Shown: positions 17,650 through 27,185 of the stretch, piece by piece | Layout of the letters: every line of letters begins with the position of its first letter | Numbering within the stretch: the first letter of the stretch is position 1 | Assembly (NCBI GenBank): GCA_965222605.1 | Contig: OZ244960.1 | Coordinates: 2,752,001-2,816,000 of the forward strand | Length of the DNA stretch: 64,000 nt | Direction of reading: 5' to 3' | Source of the DNA: Candidatus Latescibacterota bacterium | Lineage (GTDB): Bacteria > Latescibacterota > UBA2968 | The notes under the pieces: model-generated | Seen by the model: only the letters and a program-made list of their open reading frames with translations | Told to the model about the DNA's origin: nothing | Databases searched by the model: none | Position numbers and translations under genes: made by a program

Positions 17650-17971
17650 AGAGTACTCTTCCTTCTTTTAAGGCATGGGCAATGACATGGCCGGATAATT
17701 TCCCCAGTCTTTCAACCTCATCAGGGGCATAGATCAAAAAATCTTGTGAAATAGGTGTATGGGCAAATCTTATCAAGAGCCTTGCCATCTGCTTTCGGCG
17801 AGCATTTTCACCTGTAAATGGCGGGTCTTGAACGAGCAAAAAATCGAGATCGGAATCTTCATGACCCTCGCCCCGTGCTTGCGAACCAAAAAGAATAATC
17901 TGCACGGGATCGACTTCATCCACAATGGCCTTGACCATTTCTGTAAGCATATCTTCCGTAGCGACTGCCAT
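17636..17971 (-). CDS. Minimal nucleotidyltransferase (partner of HEPN)
   Basis: ILFGSQARG...DSDLDFL; overlaps the HEPN start. Confidence 0.9.
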   Translation of the reverse strand: MAVATEDMLTEMVKAIVDEVDPVQIILFGSQARGEGHEDSDLDFLLVQDPPFTGENARRKQMARLLIRFAHTPISQDFLIYAPDEVERLGKLSGHVIAHALKEGRVLYERD

Positions 17972-18052
17972 TCTGTCCTCACATTTACTTGTTCTGTTTT
18001 AGTTGAGCAACTTTAAGAATCCTTTGAACCCGTGTGGTAGCTGGTTTGCCGG

Positions 18053-18499
18053 TCAATCTGGACGGTAAAGGAGGTTGTTTTTTAAATGGGTCAGAACGAT
18101 GTGCCAAAGACGATCGCAGTTTTCTTTGGATGCCTTCATTTCCCTCTCTATATCTAAATCCGTTTTTAATCGTACGTTAAGTCTCGATTTTTCAGTAGCT
18201 GACTTAAAATCGTAGTCCTTCTTACGAACAACAATATTTTTTACTCTACCCTTAATCGTAAAGATGTCTATCTGGTCATTATCGATAAAATGCGCTTCAA
18301 TAGCATAACCTAAATCAGTAGTAAAAAACCAGACACTTTGGGGCGTCCTAACGCCATCATCCATGTATTCACTTACAAACACATCCCCAATCCCCGCCGG
18401 TGATATTTGGTCGGCCACGCGATACAGTTCTTCAGTGCGGTCAAGGTAAGGACGACGCATTCCCAACGATTTGAAGTAATCCATAAAACCCTGTTTCAT
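18053..18499 (-). CDS. Hypothetical protein coupled to the RelA/SpoT-like gene
   Basis: 148-aa AT-rich ORF, RBS AGGAGG, 4-nt overlap with the upstream gene. Confidence 0.75.
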   Translation of the reverse strand: MKQGFMDYFKSLGMRRPYLDRTEELYRVADQISPAGIGDVFVSEYMDDGVRTPQSVWFFTTDLGYAIEAHFIDNDQIDIFTIKGRVKNIVVRKKDYDFKSATEKSRLNVRLKTDLDIEREMKASKENCDRLWHIVLTHLKNNLLYRPD

Positions 18500-19296
18500 A
18501 ATGCCTCCTCCTTGTGTTTTTCTCGAATGTCAACGATCATCCCCTCCACATAATGAATGATATGGCCCAAATAGTTGACAGCAAATTCGTCGCTTTTGTA
18601 ATTCCACTGCCACATCTCATCATCAGGGGCTGATGCTGCCTTTCTCCTATCTTCATAGTATCTGTGAAGTAGTTTTCTCAGGACTTCCTGCAACTGCGTG
18701 GATATTTGAATTTCAATAGACACATTTACAACCTCTGTATCCCAATCTTCATTAGAAATCTCGAAATCCTGACAGAGATTCAAGTGTGCTGCATAATATC
18801 CTTCCGCTCTCGCTTCATAAGAATATTCCACATTTATACCATCCTGGTCACAAAATTCACGAACTGCCTGTACAAGATACTTGACGCCATCCAGAAATTT
18901 TACAAGCACCAGACATCTGACAATATCATTGACTCTGGAGAATGATTGTTGAGGAATGTACCATCCCCCTTCTGGAGAATCAGGCCAATTCGGATTGCTT
19001 ATGATGTTTAGCCGGTATGTCTTTTCCAAAAATGATTGAAAAGGTTTGGTCAATAATTCTGGTTCTTCTTCCGGTGCCATCAGCAGGTTATAACCCGTCT
19101 CATTTACGTAGATCTGATTTAGATCCTGTAATTGAGCAGTGAATTTTTGCCAGATTTCAGATGTTTGAAAATCTTGCCGTATCTTATTGGCCACAAAATT
19201 GTAGTGATTTTCAGTTCGAGTATCAATAGACACCTGCTGGTTTTCTCTTAGCCATTTTCGATATTCCTGCATCGATTCTGGTTTCCCATTTTCCAC
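18496..19296 (-). CDS. Divergent RelA/SpoT synthetase-domain protein (small alarmone synthetase-like)
   Basis: TKPFQSFLEK, NDIVRC, GYYAAH, IEIQIST...H motifs in RSH order. Confidence 0.72.
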   Translation of the reverse strand: MENGKPESMQEYRKWLRENQQVSIDTRTENHYNFVANKIRQDFQTSEIWQKFTAQLQDLNQIYVNETGYNLLMAPEEEPELLTKPFQSFLEKTYRLNIISNPNWPDSPEGGWYIPQQSFSRVNDIVRCLVLVKFLDGVKYLVQAVREFCDQDGINVEYSYEARAEGYYAAHLNLCQDFEISNEDWDTEVVNVSIEIQISTQLQEVLRKLLHRYYEDRRKAASAPDDEMWQWNYKSDEFAVNYLGHIIHYVEGMIVDIREKHKEEAL

Positions 19297-19463
19297 AAAA
19301 TCCCCTTTTTTTGAATATCGCGGTCAATTTCTGCACGGTACGCCTCGTAACAAAAGCATACTCAGAATTGCATATTCTTTCAAGTGCTTTTCTGAGTATG
19401 CTCTCAAATTTCCGGCTTTTGAGACCAGATACGCGACGGATACCTGAAGAACGGTATTTGCGC

Positions 19464-19492
19464 TTGACGGGTGCATGGAAGGCACTTAGATT
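19464..19492 (+). promoter_or_regulatory. Candidate sigma70 promoter of the carboxypeptidase gene
   Basis: TTGACG, 17 bp, TAGATT. Confidence 0.45.
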
Positions 19493-19538
19493 TTGCCGTA
19501 TCGTGCATCGCATTGAAAAACCATCACCAGGAGCAAAA

Positions 19539-21053
19539 ATGGCCGATGTCAAATCTACATATCAGCGGTTGATAGCAGAAATAAAACAAATTGCCCTATT
19601 GGGATCCTGTGCCGGTGTATTGGGTTGGGACAAACAGACCTACATGCCCAAAGGCGGAGCCAGGCATCGCGCAGAGCAACTCGCATTGCTCGTGGGCATG
19701 ATACACGAACGCGCAACCGCCCCTCAAATTGGCGACTATCTCGCAGAAATAGAAAACAGCGATCTAATATCCGACCCCCATTCCGAGGCCGCAGTTAACG
19801 TACGAGAACTTCGCAGGGACTACGATCGAGCTATCAAACTGCCCCGATCCCTCGTCGAAGAACTCGCCCGCGTAGCCACCATCGCGCAGCAAGTATGGCG
19901 AGAAGCGCGCGAAAAATCGGATTACGCCCTGTTCCAACCCCACCTCAAAAAGATCCTCGATCTAAAACATCAACAAGTCCGTGCGCTCGGCAACGGCAAA
20001 ACCCCTTACGACACGCTATTAGATGACTATGAACCCGGCGAAACCTCTGAAAACCTGACCCGGGTCTTCTCGGGCTTGCGCGACGAACTCGTCGAACTCG
20101 TGGGCGCAATCGCCGAATCCGGCAAAAAACCCGATGAAAATATTCTAACGCGCACGTATCCGATAGAACAACAAGAAGAATTTGGAAAAACCGCAGCCGC
20201 GCAAATCGGCTTCAACTTTGACAACGGGCGTTTAGACATCACCACACACCCATTTTGCAGCGGCATTGGACCGGGCGACACGCGCCTGACCACGCGATAT
20301 AACACACACCATTTTTCCGAATCCTTTTTCAGCATCATGCACGAAGCGGGCCATGGCATTTACGACCAGGGATTGAACGACAACCACTACGGAACCCCAA
20401 TGGGATCATCTATATCCCTGGGCATTCACGAATCTCAATCGCGCATGTGGGAAAACTTCGTCGGCCGCAGTGAGGCATTTTGGGCACACTTCTTCCCCAA
20501 AGCACAAACCGCATTTCCAGACGCACTAAGCGATGTATCCCAACGCGACTTCTACGCCGCAATCAACACAGTCGCCCCCTCATTTATTCGCGTAGAAGCC
20601 GACGAAGCCACGTACAACCTGCACATCATGCTCCGCTTTGAACTCGAACAAGCACTCATCGATGGCGGACTAAAAGCCGAAGATATCCCCGGCGTCTGGA
20701 ACGAAACATTTGAAAAATATCTGGGACTAACACCCCCAGACGATGCCCAGGGGTGTTTGCAAGACATACACTGGAGTGGCGGCGGGATAGGGTACTTTCC
20801 AACTTATGCCCTGGGCAATTTGTACGCCGCGCAATTCTTTGAACAAGCGCGTCAGGATGTAGGCGACCTGGACACACAATTTGCCGAAGGTGTATTTGAA
20901 CCGCTGAAAAACTGGCTGACGGAAAAAATCTATTCGCAGGGCCAGCGCTATCGCGCAAGTGAACTCATCGAAGTCGTAACGGGAAAACCCCTGAGCCATG
21001 AACCCCTAATGCGGCATTTGAGGGCAAAGTACGAACCGTTATATGGGATTTAG
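19539..21053 (+). CDS. Carboxypeptidase M32 (Taq-type)
   Basis: HPF, HEAGH, HESQSR, IRVEADE, GCLQDIHW, GYFPTY. Confidence 0.96.
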   Translation: MADVKSTYQRLIAEIKQIALLGSCAGVLGWDKQTYMPKGGARHRAEQLALLVGMIHERATAPQIGDYLAEIENSDLISDPHSEAAVNVRELRRDYDRAIKLPRSLVEELARVATIAQQVWREAREKSDYALFQPHLKKILDLKHQQVRALGNGKTPYDTLLDDYEPGETSENLTRVFSGLRDELVELVGAIAESGKKPDENILTRTYPIEQQEEFGKTAAAQIGFNFDNGRLDITTHPFCSGIGPGDTRLTTRYNTHHFSESFFSIMHEAGHGIYDQGLNDNHYGTPMGSSISLGIHESQSRMWENFVGRSEAFWAHFFPKAQTAFPDALSDVSQRDFYAAINTVAPSFIRVEADEATYNLHIMLRFELEQALIDGGLKAEDIPGVWNETFEKYLGLTPPDDAQGCLQDIHWSGGGIGYFPTYALGNLYAAQFFEQARQDVGDLDTQFAEGVFEPLKNWLTEKIYSQGQRYRASELIEVVTGKPLSHEPLMRHLRAKYEPLYGI

Positions 21054-21061
21054 AGAACAGC

Positions 21062-21110
21062 AAAACCTTCTGGATCGCGGCTAAAAACATGCCGCGATGA
21101 CGAGGGCTGG
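21062..21110. repeat. Dispersed palindromic repeat, copy 2
   Basis: AAAACCTTCTGGATCGCGGC-TAAAAACAT-GCCGCGATGACG-GGGCTGG. Confidence 0.8.
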
Positions 21111-21123
21111 AGCTGACCGCTTA

Positions 21124-22086
21124 ATGGAGCGACCATTGACCAAACAACCCGTAATTTTAGACACCGACCCCGGCGTGGATGACGCGCTGGCAATCATGCT
21201 GGCATTGGGTTCCCCGGAACTCGACGTAATCGGCATCTGCACAGTAAGCGGCAACGTACCCCTCAAAACCGGCACGCGCAATGCACAGGGATTATTACAA
21301 CTATTGGACCGCACAGACATACCCGTTTTTGCAGGCGCAGACTCGCCCCTAAAACGCGACCCTGTATTTGCCACTGAAGTCCATGGCAAAAGCGGCATGG
21401 GACAAGCTGTATTGCCAGAACCATCTCAAGAAGTAAAAGGCGACGCCATCGATTTCCTCGTACAAACCCTATCCGATCAACCAGGAGAAATCACACTAAT
21501 TGCCGTTGGTCCCCTGACAAATCTGGCACTGGCCGAACAACGCCAGCCGGGCATACTTCAAAAAGCCAGACAGGTAATTGTCATGGGCGGAGCCATTGCA
21601 GAACCGGGAAACTCAACACCCGTGGCAGAATTCAATTTTTACGCCGACCCCCACGCTGCACAAATAGTCGTTCATTCGGGCGCGGCACTACTACTCGTGC
21701 CATTAGATGCAACACGGCAGGTCATATTGTCCGAATCGGATATCGAAAACCAGATCGCCCCCCTGAAAACAGTCGCATCTCAATTTGTCGTCGATGCCAC
21801 GCAGAACGTCCTCGCACTCTATCGACAAATAGGCCGAGAGCCAATTGTATATCTACACGACCCACTCGCCGTAGGCGCGGCTATCGCACCCGAACTCCTC
21901 CGCGCAGAAACTTTATACATCGACATAGAAACATCGGGCGACCTCACCCTGGGGCAGGTCGTCACAGACCGCCGCGGCCTGCCCCCACCCTGGCTTTGCG
22001 GCAAACCTGTCAATTGCGCGATGCACGTCAATGCCGAAGCATTTTTGTCCCTATTTCTGACACGGATTTTTACTCCCGATCCTTAA
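21124..22086 (+). CDS. Nucleoside hydrolase (IUNH family)
   Basis: DTDPGVDDA, VGPLTNLA, AEFNFYADP, LHDP. Confidence 0.95.
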   Translation: MERPLTKQPVILDTDPGVDDALAIMLALGSPELDVIGICTVSGNVPLKTGTRNAQGLLQLLDRTDIPVFAGADSPLKRDPVFATEVHGKSGMGQAVLPEPSQEVKGDAIDFLVQTLSDQPGEITLIAVGPLTNLALAEQRQPGILQKARQVIVMGGAIAEPGNSTPVAEFNFYADPHAAQIVVHSGAALLLVPLDATRQVILSESDIENQIAPLKTVASQFVVDATQNVLALYRQIGREPIVYLHDPLAVGAAIAPELLRAETLYIDIETSGDLTLGQVVTDRRGLPPPWLCGKPVNCAMHVNAEAFLSLFLTRIFTPDP

Positions 22087-22099
22087 TTTTTAATTCACA

Positions 22100-23065
22100 T
22101 CACGGCCTATCCCGCAGCCTCATATAGCTCTGATAGCGTTGAAGCGCGATATCGCCATCATCCACAGCCATCCTCACCGCGCAGTCAGGTTCGTGAACAT
22201 GCGAACAATCGCGAAAGCGACAGCCGCCGAGAAACGGATGAAAATCTCTAAAAAGAACGGGAATATCTTCGGGGCTTATCTCGTACAGATAAAACTCCCG
22301 AACACCGGGCATATCCCCGACAAACCCTCCTCTATCGAGCGCGACCAATTCCGTATGGGTCGTCGTATGTATGCCCGCGCCCGTGGCCTTACTAATAGGC
22401 CCCGTACGCAACTGCAATCCGGGTTGCAACCAATTGAGCAAACTCGACTTTCCAACGCCAGAAGCCCCCATAAAAAGGGTAATTTTCCCGCGCAGAAAAT
22501 CGTAAAACGCCTCTTTACCCGCACCGGAAATAATACTGGTATAAACCACGGGATATCCCATCGCCCTGTACGGACCCATAACCCGATCCGCCCAGGCCTC
22601 ATCGGCGAGATCGAGTTTATTGAGACAAAGTGACACAGATATTTGCTGCCACTCTGCAATACCCAGCATGCGATCCAGCAAAGTCCAGTCCGGAACTGGC
22701 TCACTCGCAGACACAATGGGAACAACCTGATCGACATTGGCAGCAAGGAGTTGCTCTCTATAAGACCCGCCAGACGCACGCCGAGAAACCTTGTTGCTGC
22801 GGGGACACACCTCGCGGATCATACCCGTATTATCCGCACCCTCAGAAAAAACCACGCGATCCCCAACCGCAACCGGATCAATCACCCGCACCCGTCTCAC
22901 CGCCTGCACGCGGCGGCGGCGCGAACCCGGCGCGGCCTCGGGATATTCGAGTTGTTTCCGCAAACGACTCGACAGCGCGCACATCACCACGCGATCGGCA
23001 GTCTGGACGACATAATGGCCGAGGTGGTGGCGGATAACAGTACCTTCATTGTCAGATTTAGCCAT
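22100..23065 (-). CDS. rsgA: Ribosome small subunit-dependent GTPase RsgA
   Basis: NKLD, GASGVGKSS, HTTT, DMPG, CRFRDCSHVHEPDC. Confidence 0.95.
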   Translation of the reverse strand: MAKSDNEGTVIRHHLGHYVVQTADRVVMCALSSRLRKQLEYPEAAPGSRRRRVQAVRRVRVIDPVAVGDRVVFSEGADNTGMIREVCPRSNKVSRRASGGSYREQLLAANVDQVVPIVSASEPVPDWTLLDRMLGIAEWQQISVSLCLNKLDLADEAWADRVMGPYRAMGYPVVYTSIISGAGKEAFYDFLRGKITLFMGASGVGKSSLLNWLQPGLQLRTGPISKATGAGIHTTTHTELVALDRGGFVGDMPGVREFYLYEISPEDIPVLFRDFHPFLGGCRFRDCSHVHEPDCAVRMAVDDGDIALQRYQSYMRLRDRP

Positions 23066-23232
23066 ATCTCAACAATCAAACTAAAGGGCCTTCCCACTGT
23101 AATGAACGCCCTAAAATAACGCCCGCTATATGTACTTGTCAAGCGCTGTAGCCTTTGCAAACGGGTTGACTTTTAACGGGGTTTTCTCCATATTTCCCCG
23201 ACATTTACAGGCTTATAAAAAAAGGAAAAATA

Positions 23233-23982
23233 ATGAAACACGACCTCAGCCCATTTTTGTCGAACTGGGATTTTGACCCCACCGATATTTGTGTACGCAA
23301 AATTCAAGGCATGGACGGACGGGAAAAATTGCAAGTACGCCTCGATCTGGGCTTAATGCAGATGGAAATGAACGACCGACCTGACGGAAAGTGTATGGAC
23401 GGTCATTTTTCATTGCTGGACTACTATTTAGACCAACTCGAAATTGAACAAGCTCAATCTGGCACAGATGAGAATTTTTATCTCGACAGAGATGCATGCA
23501 TCGAATTGAGTCAAGAGGGATTATTATTTTATCATCGTTATGTTTGTCTGATGCGATTGGGCGATTTTGAAGCAGTCGTGCGCGACACCGCCCACAATCT
23601 GGCACTTCTGGATCTCGTGAGGGCTTATGCCGAAGATGAAGAAGATCGAAAAATATTTGAACACTATCGGCCTTATGTACTCATGATTCACACCCGTGCG
23701 CGGGGTGAAATTTGTTTGCAGAAAGGCGATTACTCCGGTGTCCTGAATCACATTGAAGAAGGCATCGACAAAATTCAAACATGTGTGGCAAATTCTGGCA
23801 TTGAAGCAGACGAAGAGATCGAAGTCCTTTCCACATGGGCCGAAGAAATAGAACGCGAGCGTCCTATCACTTTGCAACAAAAACTGGCACAAAAACTCCA
23901 AAAAGCCATTGCCGAAGAGCGATACGAACAAGCGGCTCGGTTGAGAGACAGGCTCAGGTCGCTGGAAAAAAACAATTTGTGA
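23233..23982 (+). CDS. Conserved protein with a C-terminal UvrB/UvrC motif
   Basis: QVRLDLGLMQME...PDG; C-terminal AIAEERYEQAARLRD. Confidence 0.8.
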   Translation: MKHDLSPFLSNWDFDPTDICVRKIQGMDGREKLQVRLDLGLMQMEMNDRPDGKCMDGHFSLLDYYLDQLEIEQAQSGTDENFYLDRDACIELSQEGLLFYHRYVCLMRLGDFEAVVRDTAHNLALLDLVRAYAEDEEDRKIFEHYRPYVLMIHTRARGEICLQKGDYSGVLNHIEEGIDKIQTCVANSGIEADEEIEVLSTWAEEIERERPITLQQKLAQKLQKAIAEERYEQAARLRDRLRSLEKNNL

Positions 23983-24014
23983 AAACTGCAACCTGAGCAT
24001 CACAATACAAAAAC

Positions 24015-24058
24015 ATCCTGATTCTAAACACCTATGTGTTTCTGAATCGGGATTTTTT
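24015..24058 (+). terminator. Probable intrinsic terminator
   Basis: ATCCTGATTC..AAACAC-ctat-GTGTTT..GAATCGGGAT followed by a T-run. Confidence 0.55.
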
Positions 24059-24085
24059 GTATAGACGGATTAATAGAGGCCATCA

Positions 24086-25321
24086 ATGGGTTATGAATGG
24101 ATCATTATCAAACGGCACCTTTTCAGCACTGGTCGTCGCCTGGGATTAACCACGATCATAGCCATCATAGGTGTCGGGCTGGGGGTTGGGGCACTCGTCA
24201 TCACCCTATCGGTAATGAACGGCTATGCGGATATGATCTTTGACCGCCAGGTGGGCATAAATCCCCATGTGACCGTGCGGCGCCCGTACAGCGAACGCAT
24301 CGAAAATTACGCACCCATCGTCCAGTTGCTCAAAAAACACCCGGAAGTGATCGGCGCCAATCCCGTGATAGAAACAGAAGGTTATGTATTGAACAGAGTC
24401 AAAGATGTAGGTGCTGTCACGTCAGGCGTATTGGTGCGAGGGATAGATGGTATTGTGAAAAGCAGCGACATCACCCATCACATAACCGAAGGAAAAATGG
24501 AATTGTCGCGCATTGAAGGCAATACCTTTGGAATGGTCATAGGCAAAACACTTGCCGAAAAATTGGGTGCCTCCGCAGGATCAAAAATTCGCCTATTGGT
24601 CGCCCCCAAAGACCTCACCACAGCCCGCATGCCCCCGCTCCGCCAATATGTGATAACGGGTATTTTTGAAACGGGATTTTACGAATTTGACGCCTCACTA
24701 ATCTACGTATCCCTCGCGGCTGCACAACGGGACCTGCAATGGGGCGATCTGGTAACGGGCATTCAAGTGCGCCTCGTCAATGCGTTTGAGGCCGATCGCG
24801 TCAGCGTTGAATTGCGAGAGACATTGGTGGCGACGCATTCCGATTTGTTCTCCTCATCGTGGATGTATGCACAGGGCAATTTGTACGCGTGGATCTGGTT
24901 GCAAAAATGGGCGAGCTTTGTGGTCTTGAGCTTAATCGTAGTAGTCGCGGGATTCAACATCATCAGCATTCTAACCATGGCCGTGAATGAGCGCAGACGC
25001 GAAATTGGCATCTTGAAAGCAATGGGGGCAGCACCCAAAAGCATCGCCCAAATCTTTTCCCGAGAAGGTCTGATAATCGGTGCGAGCGGTGTATTATCAG
25101 GCAATATATTGGGCGGAGGCCTGTGCTGGATACAAAAGATCTATGCACCCATATCGCTTTCCGGCGATGTTTATTTTATCAACGCCCTCCCCGTAACCAT
25201 AAACATACTGGACTTTGCGATGACCTCGGCACTGGCACTATTGCTATGCCTCGCATTTGCCCGCTGGCCCGCAAAACGCGCGGCAACTCTGGACCCCGTA
25301 GAAGCTATTAGATATGAATAA
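24086..25321 (+). CDS. Lipoprotein-releasing ABC permease (LolC/E, FtsX-like)
   Basis: GV.ALVITLSVMNG, VAGFNIISIL, EIGILKAMGA. Confidence 0.9.
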   Translation: MGYEWIIIKRHLFSTGRRLGLTTIIAIIGVGLGVGALVITLSVMNGYADMIFDRQVGINPHVTVRRPYSERIENYAPIVQLLKKHPEVIGANPVIETEGYVLNRVKDVGAVTSGVLVRGIDGIVKSSDITHHITEGKMELSRIEGNTFGMVIGKTLAEKLGASAGSKIRLLVAPKDLTTARMPPLRQYVITGIFETGFYEFDASLIYVSLAAAQRDLQWGDLVTGIQVRLVNAFEADRVSVELRETLVATHSDLFSSSWMYAQGNLYAWIWLQKWASFVVLSLIVVVAGFNIISILTMAVNERRREIGILKAMGAAPKSIAQIFSREGLIIGASGVLSGNILGGGLCWIQKIYAPISLSGDVYFINALPVTINILDFAMTSALALLLCLAFARWPAKRAATLDPVEAIRYE

Positions 25322-26576
25322 TACCTACGAATTCTTCATCGCCCGACGACTTATGCGCGCCATGCGCCGGCAGCGCCAGGTATCGTTTACCGCGGCCATA
25401 GCTATTGCAGGCGTAACCATTGGGGTTGCCGCCCTCATCATTGTCCTGTCCGTTTTTAATGGCTTCTCGGCATTGTTGTGGGACAGCCTGTTGAGTGTAA
25501 GCCCTCATGTCATCGTGCAAAAACCCCATGCACAGCCCATGTCGCCCAACGGGAAGCAAATCGAACAACTGGAAAAATTGGCCTCTGTACGCGCAGCAGC
25601 ACCTTTTGTAGCGTCCGAAGGATTCGCGCTCAGGCGACCACCCGGCGGCGAAATAATTCAAGCTGGCATAGCCGTGCGGGGCATAGACCTGGCAAAAATT
25701 ACAGACATGAATGCGTATTTATGGGCAGGCGATCTCAACCTGAATATTCAACCTCCCGACCCCGATCAAATCACGCCCGACACCAGACGCGCTAAAGTGT
25801 ATGGCACGGCCATTGGGCGCGTACTCGCAGACCGGCTCGGCGCAGTAGTCGGCACCGAAATCATGCTGGGATTGGTACCCAAAGCAGTTTTAATGGGACA
25901 ACAACCGCAGTTATGGCCCTACAAAGTAACAGCCATCTTCCACACGGGATTGGACGAACTGGACTCCGCACTCGCTTTTGTATCCCTCGAAGCGGCACAA
26001 CGCGACCTGGGATGGCACGACCAGATCTCGGGTATCCAGATCCGGCTCGCCGAGCCATTTGAAGCACACCGCATCGCGCCCACCCTTGCCACAGGAACAG
26101 ATTTTGACGTCGTAACCTGGATGGATACACACCGCAACTTATATGCGTCCATTCGCCTGGAAAAATGGTTTAGCTCCCTGGTACTGTGTCTAATCGTAAT
26201 GGTAGCAGGATTCAATATCATAAGCATTTTGACCATGACCGTAGGCGATAGACAGCGCGACATCGGCATATTAAAAGCTATGGGGGCAACGCCGCGTTCA
26301 ATTGGTAAAATCTTTACACTCAAAGGCCTGGGCGTTGGCCTGACAGGGGTTATTTTTGGCAATGCGATTGGCTATATCCTGTGCTGGTCGCAACAGACAT
26401 TTGAATGGATCAAACTACCCGGTCAAATTTACATCATCCAGGCATTACCCGTAAAAATGCTAACTATTGATTTCGTATGCATCTCCCTCGCATCTGTGGG
26501 CCTGTGCTTCGCATTCGCGCTCTTGCCCGCCCGCAGAGCCGCCTCGCTCGCGCCCATTGTGGCGTTGCGAGAGTAG
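25314..26576 (+). CDS. Lipoprotein-releasing ABC permease (LolC/E), second paralogue
   Basis: GVAALIIVLSVFNG, VAGFNIISIL, DIGILKAMGA. Confidence 0.9.
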   Translation: MNNTYEFFIARRLMRAMRRQRQVSFTAAIAIAGVTIGVAALIIVLSVFNGFSALLWDSLLSVSPHVIVQKPHAQPMSPNGKQIEQLEKLASVRAAAPFVASEGFALRRPPGGEIIQAGIAVRGIDLAKITDMNAYLWAGDLNLNIQPPDPDQITPDTRRAKVYGTAIGRVLADRLGAVVGTEIMLGLVPKAVLMGQQPQLWPYKVTAIFHTGLDELDSALAFVSLEAAQRDLGWHDQISGIQIRLAEPFEAHRIAPTLATGTDFDVVTWMDTHRNLYASIRLEKWFSSLVLCLIVMVAGFNIISILTMTVGDRQRDIGILKAMGATPRSIGKIFTLKGLGVGLTGVIFGNAIGYILCWSQQTFEWIKLPGQIYIIQALPVKMLTIDFVCISLASVGLCFAFALLPARRAASLAPIVALRE

Positions 26577-26590
26577 GACAAATCAACCCC

Positions 26591-27046
26591 ATGCAAAAAT
26601 TGAATTTCCCAACCTCATCCACTTATGACATCATAAACCGCGACGGAAGCGAGATGATCTTAGATCCCCTGCGTCAAAAATACGTGGTATTAACCCCCGA
26701 AGAATGGGTACGCCAGAATTTTGTGCGGTATTTAATCGAAGGACTGGGCTATCCGCAGGGACGCACCGCAATCGAAACCGGATTTGTATTTCAGGGCATG
26801 CAGTGCCGCGCCGATGTACTCGTATATGATGCAAAAGGAAAAGCACTATTGATGGGAGAATGCAAAGCCCCCGAAATAAAAATCACCCAACAGGTCTTTG
26901 ATCAAATCGGACGATACAATGCGGTCGTACAGGCCACCTACCTCATCGCAACAAATGGACTGCAGCATTATTGTTGCGCGATTGATCGAAAAAACAACTC
27001 CTATCGCTTTATAGACACACTGCCGCGATATGGAGATATTACGTGA
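26591..27046 (+). CDS. HsdR N-terminal domain-containing protein (stand-alone)
   Basis: LTPEEWVRQ, RADVLV..ECKAP, Q..RYN, ATNG. Confidence 0.88.
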   Translation: MQKLNFPTSSTYDIINRDGSEMILDPLRQKYVVLTPEEWVRQNFVRYLIEGLGYPQGRTAIETGFVFQGMQCRADVLVYDAKGKALLMGECKAPEIKITQQVFDQIGRYNAVVQATYLIATNGLQHYCCAIDRKNNSYRFIDTLPRYGDIT

Positions 27047-27094
27047 TGTGTGACTTCAAAACCGCGACAGAAAGATACGGGTGGATTTGACCAA

Positions 27095-27146
27095 CTACTT
27101 CAACAACATCATGCGCTGAACTTGAAAAAAATCGCCCACACTCATG
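27095..27146 (-). repeat. 52-bp direct repeat of the 3' end of the gene at 35078-35884
   Basis: 50/52 identical to 35078-35129; encodes MSVGDFFQVQRMMLLK* versus MSVGDFSQVQRMMLLK*. Confidence 0.9.
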
Positions 27147-27185
27147 GAAAGAAGCTAAAAAAAATACAAACAACTTTCTCACCTC

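Noticed and set aside
26591-27046. HsdR_N protein as a type I R-M system
   Set aside because: No hsdM/hsdS or helicase domains; this is a common stand-alone small protein
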